Source of the DNA: Corythoichthys intestinalis
Taxonomy: Eukaryota
DNA: 64,000 nt
Assembly: GCF_030265065.1 (NCBI RefSeq)
Contig: NC_080410.1
Location: 29,890,661 to 29,954,660 of the forward strand
Direction: 5' to 3'
Part shown: positions 26,618 through 39,829 of the stretch, piece after piece
Layout: each line of letters begins with the position of its first letter
Position numbering within the stretch: the first letter of the stretch is position 1
Translations under genes and position numbers: made by a program
The notes under the pieces: model-generated
Told to the model about the DNA's origin: nothing
What the model saw: the letters and a program-made list of their open reading frames with translations, nothing else
Databases searched by the model: none

Positions 26618-27199
26618 CTGCACATAATCAAACATGACAAGTGAAAAGTGGCTCGAAAAGTGTGAAAATTGAGCCACCAAAAACGGCAAGGCGCCAACGT
26701 GCGCGTTAGCTTGCTAGCACTGCAGCTCGCGCTCGGCGTCCACTCGGGCCCGCTTAACGCAGCAGACACCACAATAAAGTTTGCCAGTCCACTCGGAAGT
26801 GGTTTAATACAACCAAACTAGTTGGGTGAAGGGCCTCTCGTCTGTCCAGAGAGCGTAAAAGAATGTTGACGACGGCAAATAGGAGGAATGCTAGGGTGCT
26901 AGCCAAGCAGCTAAAGGCATGGGCAGGGTCGCGACACCACGACGACGTCGACAACGAAGCCCATAAACAAGCGCGTCTGAACCAAGGCGACTCACAACAT
27001 GACGACGAGTTGAGGCCGGATGGTAAACTGAGCGGGCCGACGCAGCCGCACCGCCCCGGTTAACTCGTTGCTAGCAGCCAAATAGCCGGCTACCTAGCCG
27101 GCTAACTAGCTAGTTAACAGCCCCAAACTTTCACCGGTCGACCGGCGCCGCCCCGTCCGGCCAACGGCGGCCCCGGCGCAGCCCGTTTGAGCCACTCGC

Positions 27200-27239
27200 C
27201 TGGAGAGATAGTCTTCTCGAGGATAGTGATGAGCTCCAT
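27200..27239 (-). CDS. kpnb1: kpnb1 exon 1 (MELITILEKTISP + first base of Asp codon); start codon 27237-27239
   Basis: ATG in GC-rich context. The peptide equals the importin beta-1 N-terminus. The donor reads CCAG|GCGAGT, a GC-AG type. Confidence 0.75.
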
Positions 27240-27900
27240 TCCTTCCGTCCGTCCGCCGGTGTCCGGCAGCCGCTCGTCCGTCTATCAAGACTTTGGGTGG
27301 CCGCCGCGCGAAGCCCACAAGATAGACTGAGTGGTTCCGGTTCTCGCTCAAGAGGCGGAAGGTCCCCCGTTGCTCGGCTATGGGCGTGGATTGTTGAGAG
27401 CGCTCAGGGGTCGCGGTGGTGGTTGTCGTGAGCTGAAGCAGCCTCGCCGCCGCCCGTTCGCATCGCTAGTGAAAGGCCGCGCGATTTCAGCCGGCGGAAG
27501 GATATCACAGCAAGGGGCCGCGCGCTCCCGGCCGGCGGAAGGATACGGCGACGCCTTCAGGGAGCGTCGGACATGGTCAACGCCGCAGGGCGGAAACCCC
27601 GCGCGCGTACTTCTTCGCCAGTTCCGGGTGCTTGATCCGAGACGACCTCGCTGTTCATCTGTCAAGCGGCGAATCTCATCGTTTATGTTGGTGACAAAAA
27701 CTAGCTGATAGGTAGTAGTAGGAGCAAACTCGGACCAAGATTGCGATTTGTCGGAGACTTTGAACGCAACGGCGCGCCCACACGAGACGCAAATGCTTGC
27801 ATTTCCAGGCGAAGGCGCGCGCGTACTTTGGACTTTTTGTTTCGCTTGAAGGACCAAAGGCGACGACGCGGTGACGTAATCGGCTCGTTACAGAGCTAAG
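27240..27900 (-). promoter_or_regulatory. kpnb1: CpG-island promoter / 5'UTR region of kpnb1 (contains a TGACGTAA CRE-like site near 27870)
   Basis: Very high CpG density immediately 5' of the start-codon exon on the minus strand. Confidence 0.6.
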
Positions 27901-30900
27901 AGACTTGACATCCCCCCTAATATGTATGAAAATAAAATACACAAAGTATAAGGTGGGAAATTAGGGGAAAACATGCAATATAGTGAAAGATTTTTTTAAA
28001 TTAATTTGTCACCTGTATCTACTCATTTCCTGCCACTGACAAAACAGACGTCAGATTCTTTTAAACTGGAAGGAGTTTGTGTGAATGTTCGTTTCAGTAC
28101 CAATGGAATGGCAGAAAATGAGATAATTATTCAACTTATTAGTGTGCACAAACACCCATTGATATGGATTCATAAGAATCAACGTTTGCTTTAGTGTGCT
28201 TAAAGCAACACTGGGCAACTTTTCAGGTTTGGTCGATTTTAGCAACGCAGGTGGACTAAAGCGGTAGTGTTTTTCCTTAAGACAGTTTCCCATGAGGACC
28301 AGCGCACAGTGTCGTAAAATCCTGATCTCCCGATCGCCTGCAGATGGATTAAACAACACTTAGTTGGGGGGTAGGGGAGGATGTCACGCCAGCGAGTGAA
28401 AGCCGGACCAATGTTTGAGTGTCCTTTTATCCTGCTGGCCTCCCTTTTTCTTTTTGGTCTACTCGGACAATACTTAGTCTTTTTATTGCTCTGCCATCTT
28501 TGCAGAATTTTCATGAAAGCGTTCGTATCGACTTCAGTCTTTATGAAGAATGGGGAAAAGGGGAAGTGACGTATGCTGTAAATGCAGTCAGCACATTTGT
28601 AGTTTTTGGTGTGGCAGTGTTTCTGCCACACACCTCAAAGTTAAACTAGTTGTCAGTCGACATTTCACAAATGTTATGAATATATTTGATAAAAGTTAAA
28701 AAGTTACCAAGTGTATGTTCATAATAACACACAATAAATGTACATTCATGGCAATATTGCTTTTATTCACAAATTTTCACCCTATGAGACATTCAATGCT
28801 GTTTATCACTTTTTAGCATGAGCACATATGAACAACAGCTGTTGATGTTCATATTTGCACGTTCATCTTTTATTATTTTTGTGCGCACTTTCTTGCATGT
28901 GTAGAATTACATGTTTGCATTTGACGTTGTGCATGTGGTTATTAGTGATTCCGCTGAGTAAGCGAACAACTAAAACAGCCGAGTCATGTCATTTAGTTTT
29001 TAAATTCTTGAACTGGATGAAAACATCTGGAATTTCCCTCTCTTAACTGAGTACACATTTCACAAGGACGAAATATGCTTCAGTTCCTGTTTTTTGTGTG
29101 TGAAATGTTCTTCAAAATAAATTAACAGCTGTTTTTTAAACGTATGACGTGTTAATACATCTGTCCAATGTTGGACAGGCAGTCAAAAGTCGAATAAAAA
29201 ACTGCAGAGGAATAAAAACCAACTCGTTGCTTTATTAGTTTTACAGTAGTCACTCATACGTCATAGCTGCCTTGAGTTGCTCTTTTATATTTTCTTCCAA
29301 TTTCCCTCCACTTTTCCCAACAACACAACGGAAGAGTTATGGACAACGTATAAAAAAAAACGTATAAAAAAAAAATCAAATAAAAATACATTAAAATAAA
29401 AAATGCCTCTTCACAAAGAAAACAAGTTTTGGCAACAGAGAGTGAAGGTCCTGACAATCCAGTGCATTCGAAAACATCCATGACGAGAAATACGTCAACT
29501 CAGCGCATACAGCTAATTAGATAAGAGCTAGAAGGACCTCGGTTCAATCAGATTTCATCTCCTCGCTCGTCTCCGGCCAGCTCGGAGGTTAACCTGCCAC
29601 AAACATATAGTGGACTTGGATAGTCTTTTCGCTCAATGGCTGCCATTGACTAGCAGCAATCAAATGGATCGGGTGCCCACTGCTGTTGATGGCAGCCAAC
29701 GAGTTCAAAATTCCACTTGGTAGCAATTTGACCAGGGACCGACGCTTCTGAACGTTACATCGGCAGTCACGTGCTATGCATTTTTATATAGTGGCTCTAG
29801 ATAGTTCCCAAACTCAAACTGCTTTTCTAGCGACTGGGAAGTCAGGATTGAGTGACTATTAGGGCTCATACACTCCTAATTCCCAAATCACACCAAAAGG
29901 CATTTTACACAGCATAGCATTCATTTTACGCTAGAGCTGAAACCATGTATTGAATAGTCCCTAATCACTAATCAGAGCTTCTGATATAGTGGAATATACA
30001 GTTGAGTATCAACTGGATGGCACAACACAGCTAACAGGAACCCATTCCTGCTTGCGTCGCTTCCACCAGTGAGGAGCGTTTGGTTGCGCCGCAATTCATC
30101 ACAGCTTCGTAAACGTGACCGAGCAGACACAAAATAGTCTTCAATTACTTTCGCTAACATGCAAAAGCAGACAAAGTTGGCTTTTGTGCTTAAGCTAGCT
30201 ATACTATCGCTAGCTTGGACGGATGACATTCCTTGAACTCTTTCACTGCCGCTGCCAAGTTTAAGATCCATTTCAACTGGGCTGGCTGGCATTAAATGAT
30301 CATGTTTTGGCACCATTGACCGTCAAAAAGGATTGGACGTCTATCGCCGTCAGTGGCAGCCCATTAATTTATGACATTAAAACCGTCAGAACAGAAGGAA
30401 GGTTGTTGACGCAAGTCCTTAAATTGAGTGTTGTAAGAAGTAATCATATGCCAAACGTACTGTGTGGTCAACGTAAAAACCATTCACTTTTAAAGCAACT
30501 CTGGTTCATCTATCATTTATAGTTGACGTTGAGACGATCGGCAAATTATAGCGTGTAAGTAAGAATGAATTTAAGGCCTTTGCTCACAATTATCAGAAGT
30601 GGTCACGGCACTCATTATTGGCAAGATTGAACACTTCTACTAGCATCAATGTGATCAAAGGGCTACGGATTAGCTGTTGTGCAAATGGCTGGCAGTGAAA
30701 GAGTTCAATGTCTCGACACCACAGTGGCTGCTTAGTTGAACCTCGCAACTTGGCGCGAGGACGTGTCGACATTTTAGCCGGAAGACTTTGTGTTTCTGGA
30801 CGTCGGCGGTAGCGTTGCGCTGAAGACCGCCGAGGTAGGAGATGGATACTTTTGGGAGCCAAGTCCGACAAGCGTCTGGGAGTGTTGAATGAAGGGGGCG

Positions 30901-31053
30901 CATGGACACTCTTTGACATTAAACGACAGATACACGCACGCACACACCCATTGTACAGAGAACAAATATGTACACACCACTCAGTTACGCTGACACCCTC
31001 TTCCTCACCTTTAGTGTCCTCAAAACAACGCCGCGGGCACTTGGCGTTAACAT

Positions 31054-31289
31054 TTAGCTGCTCTTTAGCAGCGTCCTGTCATCAGGGGGACAGGAAGTGG
31101 TAGCAGCGAGAACGGCGGAGGAAGAGGAAGCGGACGAGCACGAAGACGACGATGAGGACGGCTGAGCGGGGAAGCTGAGAAGTTGTCCCGCTTCGGCGGG
31201 GAGGAGCGAGCACGAGCGAAGGTCCACGGTCTGCAGCGACGGACAACGGCGCAACAGCGGCACGCTCTGCTCTGTCACCTTGGTGCAAC
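31054..31289 (-). CDS. kdm2b: kdm2b-like terminal coding exon (CTKVTEQSVPLLRRCPSLQTVDLRSCSLLPAEAGQLL... Ser-rich tail ...LLKSS*)
   Basis: Acceptor gtatcag, phase matches. The LRR consensus continues. TAA at 31054-31056. Confidence 0.7.
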
Positions 31290-31687
31290 CTGATACACAC
31301 AAGCACATGCAATGGTTACATCCTAAACATATCAAGTTTTGACGATGACAAAGTTTGCAGAAGATTCGTTGTTTTCACTTCACAGAATGAAGGGATTGTA
31401 TTAGGGCTGCAGCTATCGAATATTTTAGTAATCGAGTAATCGGCTGAAAATTCTATCGATTAATCGAGTAATCGGATAAAACAAATATATTTTTAGGTGA
31501 GCAATTATAAATAAACATGAGAAAACAAGACATTTAATCTAATCTTGAACCATTTTCAGTCAATCAATGTCTTTATTTTCGATGTATATTGTTGAAAACA
31601 GCCAACAATTGCATCTCAGATGTAACTACAATTTAAAAAAAAAAAAGATGAATTCACTGCTTTCACTCAAAAAACCTTTAGATCTTA

Positions 31688-31718
<31 letters not shown>

Positions 31719-34292
31719 CACTCAGTATATATACCTAAAAATGCCGTTACGCTTGATAACACACATCACTTAAAAGTTAGGATTTTTTTCCATGTGTTTC
31801 AATTGAATTTCTATTTGTGACAAGCCATTTTTAAGTTCTAGTTAAGTTTTAAGTTAGTCTAAACTGTAAGTCCTGATAGGATTTTGAGTTTTTGCAGTGT
31901 TCAATCAAAATAAATGTATGATACAGGCTGTATTGGAGCACATTAGGGACCAGTGCTACTTGGTGTTTTATCCAGCAATGACTACTGAGCTGAAATTGAT
32001 AGTTAGCATTATTGAGTTTTTATTTTACACCCTCATCACTCCACATCGCTACGTTATGTTAAAGCCTGTATGTAAGACACGTTAGCCACGCATCGACAAT
32101 GGTCATAATTAATAGAAACCTAGCCCTCCGCAGGGCTAACGTTACGTGAACTAGAGACAGTAACGTTAATCTTATTTATTAGCGCTTAGTGCTCTTTATT
32201 AGCGCTTAGCGCTCTACTGCTTTAAGATGGCGGCTGTTTATCAACGCTGCCCAGACGCGGCCGAGTCTGTCAATAGGCATCTAGTTCAACATACATGTGA
32301 TCTCTATGAGACTCATCAGACGCTACCTGCTACCAAGTAACGTAGCATCGTGCGGGCTAGTATTTAGCAATGTCGGCGTCGTTTGTAGCGGCTGTCGGCT
32401 GCAGTAAGTTTTTTTTTTTTTTTATTCTTCCTCTACGCACGGGACATCAGCGCGTTGTCCCACATTAAAAGTAGTCCGAGCAAAACGTGATGCTTAGAGC
32501 TGTCAAAATAAACGATTACTCGAGGTGAATAAAATTACTCTGATCAGTTTTTAAACTCGAGTTACTCGAGTATTCGTTTCAGCTCTAGATTGTATTATCT
32601 GTTTTATGGCATGTTTGTCTCCACTGTAGGTTGACCCATAGGGGATTATCATAGGCCATTGGGGATAAAGACTTTAAAAAACAAAAAAATAGCTGATTGC
32701 TGATATCTAAATCCAATTTTGTAAGAAGAAACATTTTTCTTGTGCTACTTCGTTATGTAATATTGGCCACTAGGTAGTGCGAAATCACAATTCACAAAGA
32801 TCATTACTTAAACCAGGGGTTGGCAACCCAAAATGTTGAAAGAGCCATATTGGACCAAAAAAACATATGTCTGGAGCTGCAAAAAATTAAAAGCCTTAAA
32901 TAAGCCTAATAATGAAGGCAACACGTGCTGGTATGTACTGTATCTGTATTAGCTATATTAGCCTACTATCAGAATGACTAAGTCAGCTAAAAATACCGTA
33001 TTGGCCCGAATATAAGAGTGTTTTTTGCATAGAAATAAGACTGAAAAAGTGGGGGTCGTCTTATATTCGCGGTCTCGACAGTATACCCATTCACGACGTT
33101 AGATTGCGCCAAATATCATTTAAGCGATCTTCTGTCATGATAGATCTCAGCTACTCTGTAGTTTAACCAGTTTGCATTATTTTATTGCAATATTTTTCCT
33201 TATTCAGATTTGTTTCAAGATTAAAGTTAAACTTCACTTTGATGGTTAATGCAGTTATGGCAATTTTGTTGTTTTATCACAATAGCTTCGTTTATTTACA
33301 TTTCAAAAACCAGAAGCCATTCATTTACGAATGTGATTGCACTTTAGTTTAAATATTTAAATGTTTAGATATTAAGATTTGAATGAGGGAAAACAACATG
33401 CTTTTTCTCTCAAACATATTGTTATAATTGCGTTTCAGATGTACTGGAATTTTCTGTATAAAAATTAATTTGGTGTTCAAAAAGTCTTTTTTTCCCCAAA
33501 CTTCAGTCTTGAAAAAGAGGGGATCATCTTATAATCAGGGCCGTCTTATATTCGGGCCAATAAGATACATAATGAGCCTTGATGATTTAACGTTTATTTT
33601 CCCTGCAGTGCGTCAAACACACGACGTGACTATGCTTTATGATGCCACCTCAAGCTTAACTTCATTACAATATTATTAATTAATGAATTGTTTCACTGCT
33701 TTTATGAAATTATGGAAATGCAATAAAAAATCTGATTTTTGTTGTCATTTTTATTTTGAGGTTTCGAAAAACAACAAAATGGAACGTGCATAACATGCCC
33801 CTTATCTGTTGCCTGGCACGGCCAGACCGTTCTCCCTGTATTTTTCAAACACTGTGACAATAGTCTGGCACCCAGCCCATTAACGGCCTCTCGAGCAAGC
33901 ACAAAATCAACCGTCCAATCAGATTCGTTTATTTGCGTGACGTGTGCTTAACGAGCAACGTCACTCTTCCGCGTCGGAAGTCGTCTCCACAATAACAGGA
34001 GAAGAACAAACAGGAGAGCCAAAAATATGTTCCAATCCACGGTAAAATCAGTTTTAAAATGACCAAAAACACATCGACACAAGTCATTCACAACAGTCTG
34101 TCCCGCGCTAGCCATGTTGAATAAAGTCCGCTCTACTCGTATGTTTACTTCCGCGTGCGAGTCCCTTGTTGCTTTAATAACGTCACGTTCGCCCGTCGCT
34201 GATTGGTCCACTCCGCTGTCTGTTTGCTGTGGCTTGCTCCGCCCTGGAAATTTTATCCGCTGAATGGTGGCCAGACTCAAAGCCAGGCTACC

Positions 34293-34526
34293 TTATTTGG
34301 GCATGTCTTTGATTTTCTGTATTATCTTGGTTTTGGAGTCTGCAAATTGGTGTTCTGATATGTTGATGAATCTGTCCTTCATGTACTCACCATCTGTGAA
34401 TGGTTCTCCACGCTTTATCTCTCGGGTTGCAACAAAACACGCAGCAGTAGTGGAGTTTGGCGATGCAATCCACTTCTTAAATCTATTTTTGCGCTCCTCT
34501 AAGTTCTTCAGAAGTGATGGAATCAC
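34293..34526 (-). pseudogene. hAT-Charlie/Tip100-type transposase fragment (…REIKRGEPFTDGEYMKDRFINISEHQF…)
   Basis: Resembles the conserved region N-terminal to the hAT dimerisation domain found in ZMYM1/ZBED5-like transposases. Confidence 0.4.
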
Positions 34527-35838
34527 ACTTTTTCCCCCCTCACTCCCAGCTGCGTACTAGGCTGCCGGTTTGTTGACAATAGCTACCTGCCTGGCATCCT
34601 GCCCTGCTGTTAGAAATGTGTGTCGCAGGCTATGACGCAAATTTTTCTGTTGTGTTCCTTTTATGGGTTCAGACCCTGATTGGAATATTCAACAGAACAA
34701 ACTGCATGGATGCACTCTTTAGTCTTACACTGTCTTTAACTACTGCTTGCCAAGTAACATAAATCAAGAGGACGAACGCAAGCATCATCCATAACAAGGT
34801 ACATAGGGGCACTTTGAGGCATTTGTGCAGTACAACATGACAAAAACGTCATATATTCGTTGACAGAAATGTTTAAATTTAATATATATTCACCACATTT
34901 TTACAGCATTAGAAAACGTTAAGAATGTTTGTGTCATATTTGTCCTCCTAGAGAAACCATATCAAAACAAAAAATATATTTTCTTCAACCATATTTTTCC
35001 ATTTTCAAACATTTTTGAAAATGCTCCAGGCAGCCACTAGGGTTGCTGACCCCCAACTTAAACAATGAACATAATTATCCTATTATTTCGGCTGATATCA
35101 GTCGATTTTGGAAAAAGTCAATCTCGGCCCGAAGTATCAGTGCTAAAGAAAGATCAACACCCAAACAGTGAGAATAACAATTATCCTAATATATTGGTGA
35201 ATATTGAAAAATGGTCCTTATATCAGGCTGGTATATTGGCCAGCCAATGCATCGTTTTAAAGAAAGATCATCACCCAAACAGTAGGGTTCGGCATCAAGC
35301 ATCGCTTGGATCCGGGAATAACACTAACACCCATTCTCCCGGAACCGTTCGAATTTTTGAATTTCGATTCCATGTTTTGATGCCCTGACCGCCGATTAGG
35401 GAAAAAACAGCTCCCGACCACTATGAAGAAGCCACATGAAGCGTGTGTTTGTGCATTGCAACTTGATTTCAACCATGGACACGGTGCAGCGGCGCTCAAA
35501 AGTTTTGGTTTAACTTCACAAAGGAAAATGACCAGTATGCTCAGTGCAACATTTGCAACACAGCTATATCATGCAAAGGTGGCTGCACGACCATCATGAT
35601 TAGACATCTCTGGCTTCATGGAATACAAGTGCCCTGGAGTGCATTGCTGATTGCCGCGTATTTGACACGCTGCGCCGGTCCTCTAACCAGTCAGAACCAG
35701 GTAAGTAGAACAATAAATTACACCTGTCTTCTGCTGGCCCCGTGACCTGACCCCGGATTAAGCGGTAGATGATGAATGGATGGATGGAGTGGTAGGAGAA
35801 TAAGTCGTATTATCACGTTGGGCTAATGTAGCTATATA

Positions 35839-37020
35839 CAGTGGTATGATAAAGTATCTGAACCTTTCGGAATTTCTCACATTTCTGCATAAAATCACCA
35901 TAAAATGTGATCTGATGTTTGTAAAAATCACACAGATGAAAAAACAGTGTCTGCTTTAACTAAAACCACCCAAAAATGTATAGGTTTTCATATTTTAATG
36001 AGGATAGTATACAAACAATGAGAGAAGGGGGAAAAATAAGTAAGTGAACCATCACATTTAATATTCTGTGCCCCCACCTTTGGCAGCAATAACTTTAACC
36101 AGACGCTCCCTGTACCTGCAGATTAGTCTGGCACATCGCAAAATCCAAATCACGACGCTCCCTCCACCATGGTTCACTGTGGGGATGAGGTGTTGATGTT
36201 GGCATACCGTTTCGTTTTTCCTTCACACATGACGTTGTGTGTTACTCCCAAACAATTCAACTTTGGTTTCTTCAGTCCACAAAATGTGGAGTGTCCAAGT
36301 GCCATTTTGCAAACATTAAACGGGCAACAATGTTTTTTTTTAGACAGCAGTGGCTTCCTCCGTGAAGTCCTCCCATGAACACCATTCTTGGCCATAGTTT
36401 TACATATGGTTGATGCGTGCACATAGATACTGGACTGTGCCAGTGATTTCTGTAAGTCTTTAGCAGACACTCTAGGGTTCTTTTTCACCTCTCTGAGTAT
36501 TCTGTGCTGAACACTTGCCATCATCTTTGGTGGACGGCCACTCCTTGGAAGAGAAGCAACAGTGTCAAACTCTCTCCATTTGTAGACAACTTCTTTGACT
36601 GTCGATTAATGAACATCCAGACTTTCAGAGATGGTTTTGTATCCTTTCCCAGCTCTTTTGACTGAGCCATGATCCACATCAGACAATGCTTCTCATCAAG
36701 ACAATTCTAACCAGGTGTTTATTTTATAGTGGAGAGGGCAGCTTTAAACCACTCAGGCACTTAAATTGTTTGGTAAAAATTGGTTTCAATTGCTCTTTGA
36801 AGAGGCGCTTCAATTGTTGACTTACTTATTTTCCCCCCTTCTGTCATTGTTTGCATCCTCATTAAAATATGAAAACCTATAAATGTTTGGGTGGTTTTAG
36901 TTAAAGCAGACACTTTTTTTATCTGTGTGATTTTGACAAAAGATCAGATCACATTTAATGGGGATTTTATGTAGAAATGTGACAAATTCCAAAAGGCTCA
37001 GATACTTTTTCATACCACTG
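35839..37020 (-). mobile_element. Internally deleted Tc1-like element (TIR CAGTGGTATGA(T/A)AAAGTATCTGA..., TA TSD) with transposase N-terminal fragment
   Basis: ORF 36174-36524 (…RILREVKKNPRVSAKDLQKSLAQ…GRTSRRKPLLSKK) is a Tc1 HTH region. Inverted ends at both boundaries. Confidence 0.75.
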
Positions 37021-37396
37021 TAAGCAGCTACGTACTTTATGTCGCGCGTTGCCGCCTTTGTTAAAATCAACAGTATCAAAAGCATCTTTTGTTTTAGAAT
37101 TGGTTTTACAAATAATGAAATCCTTGTTATTTTGCCTCATCTACATCAAATTATAATCAACAGAAGACTTTATACTAATGCTTCGTCGTAGCTCCAAGCT
37201 AAGGTACATGTATGTAAAGTGCGTAGCGGCTCACAGTTACCTTACCCCTACGTAATATATATATCGGCCAATGGCTCATCTTGAAAAAAGTCCATATATC
37301 GGCCCAATATATCCAACTTTAGTCTCCAAAATCAAGGATTTTGGGGGAAAGGAAAAGCAAAAGAATATATAAATTATTGCAACCATGTATACGTAC

Positions 37397-37634
37397 CTGC
37401 TAGGTTGAGGTGTGTGAGGGTGTGCCTGAGCGGCGAGGCAGGTGCGGCCAGTGTGGCAACGCTGTGATCCGACACGCTGGCGCAGTAGCTGAGATCCAGC
37501 TTGGCCAGGCGCGGCACGAAGCGCACCAGCAGACGCGACGCGGCGTCCGTCAGGTCCAACCCGGAGAGACGCAGCTCGGTCACGCCGTGGAAACGGCCGG
37601 CCCGCAACTCACCACCGCCGACGACTCCCTCGCG
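37397..37634 (-). CDS. kdm2b: kdm2b-like LRR exon ([80 protein letters not shown])
   Basis: Acceptor gtgcgcag, donor G|gtacgtatac. Matches KDM2B ...[34 protein letters not shown].... Confidence 0.8.
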
Positions 37635-37892
37635 CGCTGCGCACAGCAGGGGACAGAAATCATTCAAACATTAGCAATAATCCACGAGATCGAGAAATGA
37701 CTAACTGACTACAGTGATGAAAAAAGGAGCACTGTGAATTTGAATGAGTTTTTCACTAGTTGACATCCAATCTGATTCAAATGGATTGGACGTCTAGAGC
37801 TGTCAATGGCAGAAAATGAGTTAAGCAGTGTCTAACCAAGCCATGATAGCAAATTACCTTACGTTCCAGTGAGAAATAATGAGAATTTAGTA

Positions 37893-39086
37893 CAGGGGTC
37901 CCCAAACTATGGCCCGCCTCCACATTTGGTCCGCACCCCCTGAACAATACCAGAGTGTGTTTTGATTTTTTTTTTCTCTCCCCAATAGTGTTATTTATTC
38001 CCTGGCTTTTTTCTGTGAAGAACCCAGAGAGGGTTATTTGGATATTATCTATTTAATGAATAGTGTTATTGTAGGAAAGCCCCATTCCATGTTTGTGCTT
38101 TAGTTTAATTGTTACTACGCTGGCCCTTTAAGAAAAGCGAAGCGCGCACGAGTCACTTTCTTTCCTCCCTTCATTGGCGCGCACGAGTTACGGTCTTTCC
38201 TCCCTATGCTGCCGGTTTACACGAATCACTTTTTCCTCCTTTCACTGCCTGCGGTTCGTTCTTCAAGCTGCCGTCCTGTTTAGTGGCAATCCAAGTGTTG
38301 TGTGTGAATGAGAGATGTGGGTATATTGCAGAAGTGTGTCTTGGCAGTGCATAAACACGTTTGGCAGATGAGTTACCTGCATAGGGTCCCTTGTATTCGT
38401 TAGCCGCCACAAGCTAACTGCTAGCCGTCGTGCGCTAACTGTTAGCCGTTAGCGCTAATACTAATCCTTGGCCCCTTTGGCTACATGGTGGCTGAATTTT
38501 GTTGATTGCCAATTCACTCATCTAAATTGTTAGTTATTTTCCTGCCTAATGTGTATGCTCATTATTGTGAATGATGAGCACTGTATGCATTATGTAAGCA
38601 GTGTTAAATTAGATACGTTTATAATACAGTATATGTTTATAGGTTATATAATATTACTGACATATTATATGGTTATCTTGAATTCACAGAAACCACAATG
38701 CGACAAAATAAATCTTACTCATTTCATCATTATTAAAGGAAACAAATAAATCCTGAAAGTCCCCTGTTGATTCTCTGATCGGAGTCACAACACCATAGCG
38801 TCACCGGCTTTATACCACACACCCACAGAGGGATCCCCAGTCAAATTAACCCTCTTTTTCAGTTATTATTATTATCATAATATAATATAGTATTATTTTC
38901 TTTACTTTTGTTCCCTGAAGAATCCAAAAAGGGTTATTTGATTGTGGCTTTCTGAAAAACAAAACATTTTTACATTTAGGCACTCCTGCAATCGTCACAC
39001 TTTTTCTGTTACAAACTGACCCCGGCCCCTCATCAGAGAAGGGAAAAGTTATGTGGCCCCCACAGGAAAAAGTTTGGGGACCCCTG
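37893..39086. mobile_element. hAT MITE (TIR CAGGGGTCCCCAAAC...GTTTGGGGACCCCTG) with 8-bp TSD ATTTAGTA, in a kdm2b intron
   Basis: Perfect TSD at 37885-37892 and 39087-39094. Confidence 0.75.
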
Positions 39087-39249
39087 ATTTAGTACAAAAA
39101 AAAATTCTTAAAAACTGAGGGTTTAAAAAAAAAAAAAAAAAAAAAATCAGTCCAGTATCGAAATCGGTGCAACACTCATTTCTAAAAATCTAAGCCACTC
39201 CTAAAGAAGGATTTTGAATCCAGAAAGAAGAGCTGGGTGTCAAGCTCAC

Positions 39250-39411
39250 CGGTCCTGCTGTCAGGGGGCGGGGCCAGCAGCTCCCTCAAGTGAGCATCCT
39301 TCAAGTCGTCCACGCCGCTCAAATCCAACACACGCAAACATGGACACACTGTCTGACACAACGCGGAGACAGCGGGCCACGCAACGCCGGCCACCGTCAA
39401 CTCCACTAGGC
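39250..39411 (-). CDS. kdm2b: kdm2b-like LRR exon ([53 protein letters not shown])
   Basis: Acceptor tctttag, donor G|gtgagcttgac. Confidence 0.85.
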
Positions 39412-39532
39412 CTAAAGATCACAAACATAAACATGTTTTCACACAAATCCATGAACGGAGAGGAAGTTGTTGACAGAATGTGTGTGAAAGCAAGAAAAAG
39501 CAAAAGTTTCAGTCGATTGTGGCGTCGTGTAC

Positions 39533-39696
39533 CAGGCAATCGGCTGAGGAGCCAAAGCAGCTGTTTCTTGGAGATGTTGGTGTATCCGAGGTCCAGCGAG
39601 ACGGGTTGCCTGCGAATGATGCCGCTGAGCATGGGTGGCGTGATGGAGCGCTGGCGGCTCAGGTCGATCTGACTCCACAGACGCTTGTCGCAACAC
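39533..39696 (-). CDS. kdm2b: kdm2b-like LRR exon ([54 protein letters not shown])
   Basis: Acceptor gtcacag, donor G|gtacacgac. Near-identical to the human KDM2B segment. Confidence 0.9.
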
Positions 39697-39829
39697 CTGT
39701 GACACCACGGCAGGCAAAGGCCACACCTTAAGTTAGTTAATTGTGGAAATTCTCGACCCACGCGGTATTTTGATTTCGCGGGCCAAGCGAAGGCTGGCAA
39801 AAAGCGGCACCAGTGGCGGCGTGACTGAC

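Noticed and set aside
31082-31312. Alternative-frame ORF (MHVLVCIRLHQGDR...) over the kdm2b last exon
   Set aside because: The LRR-consensus frame (CTKVTEQSVPLLRRCPSLQTVDLRSC) with correct splice phase was preferred.
36174-36524. ORF resembling a Tc1 transposase as a host gene
   Set aside because: It lies between Tc1-type inverted ends (35839-37020) with TA TSDs, so it is a transposon remnant.
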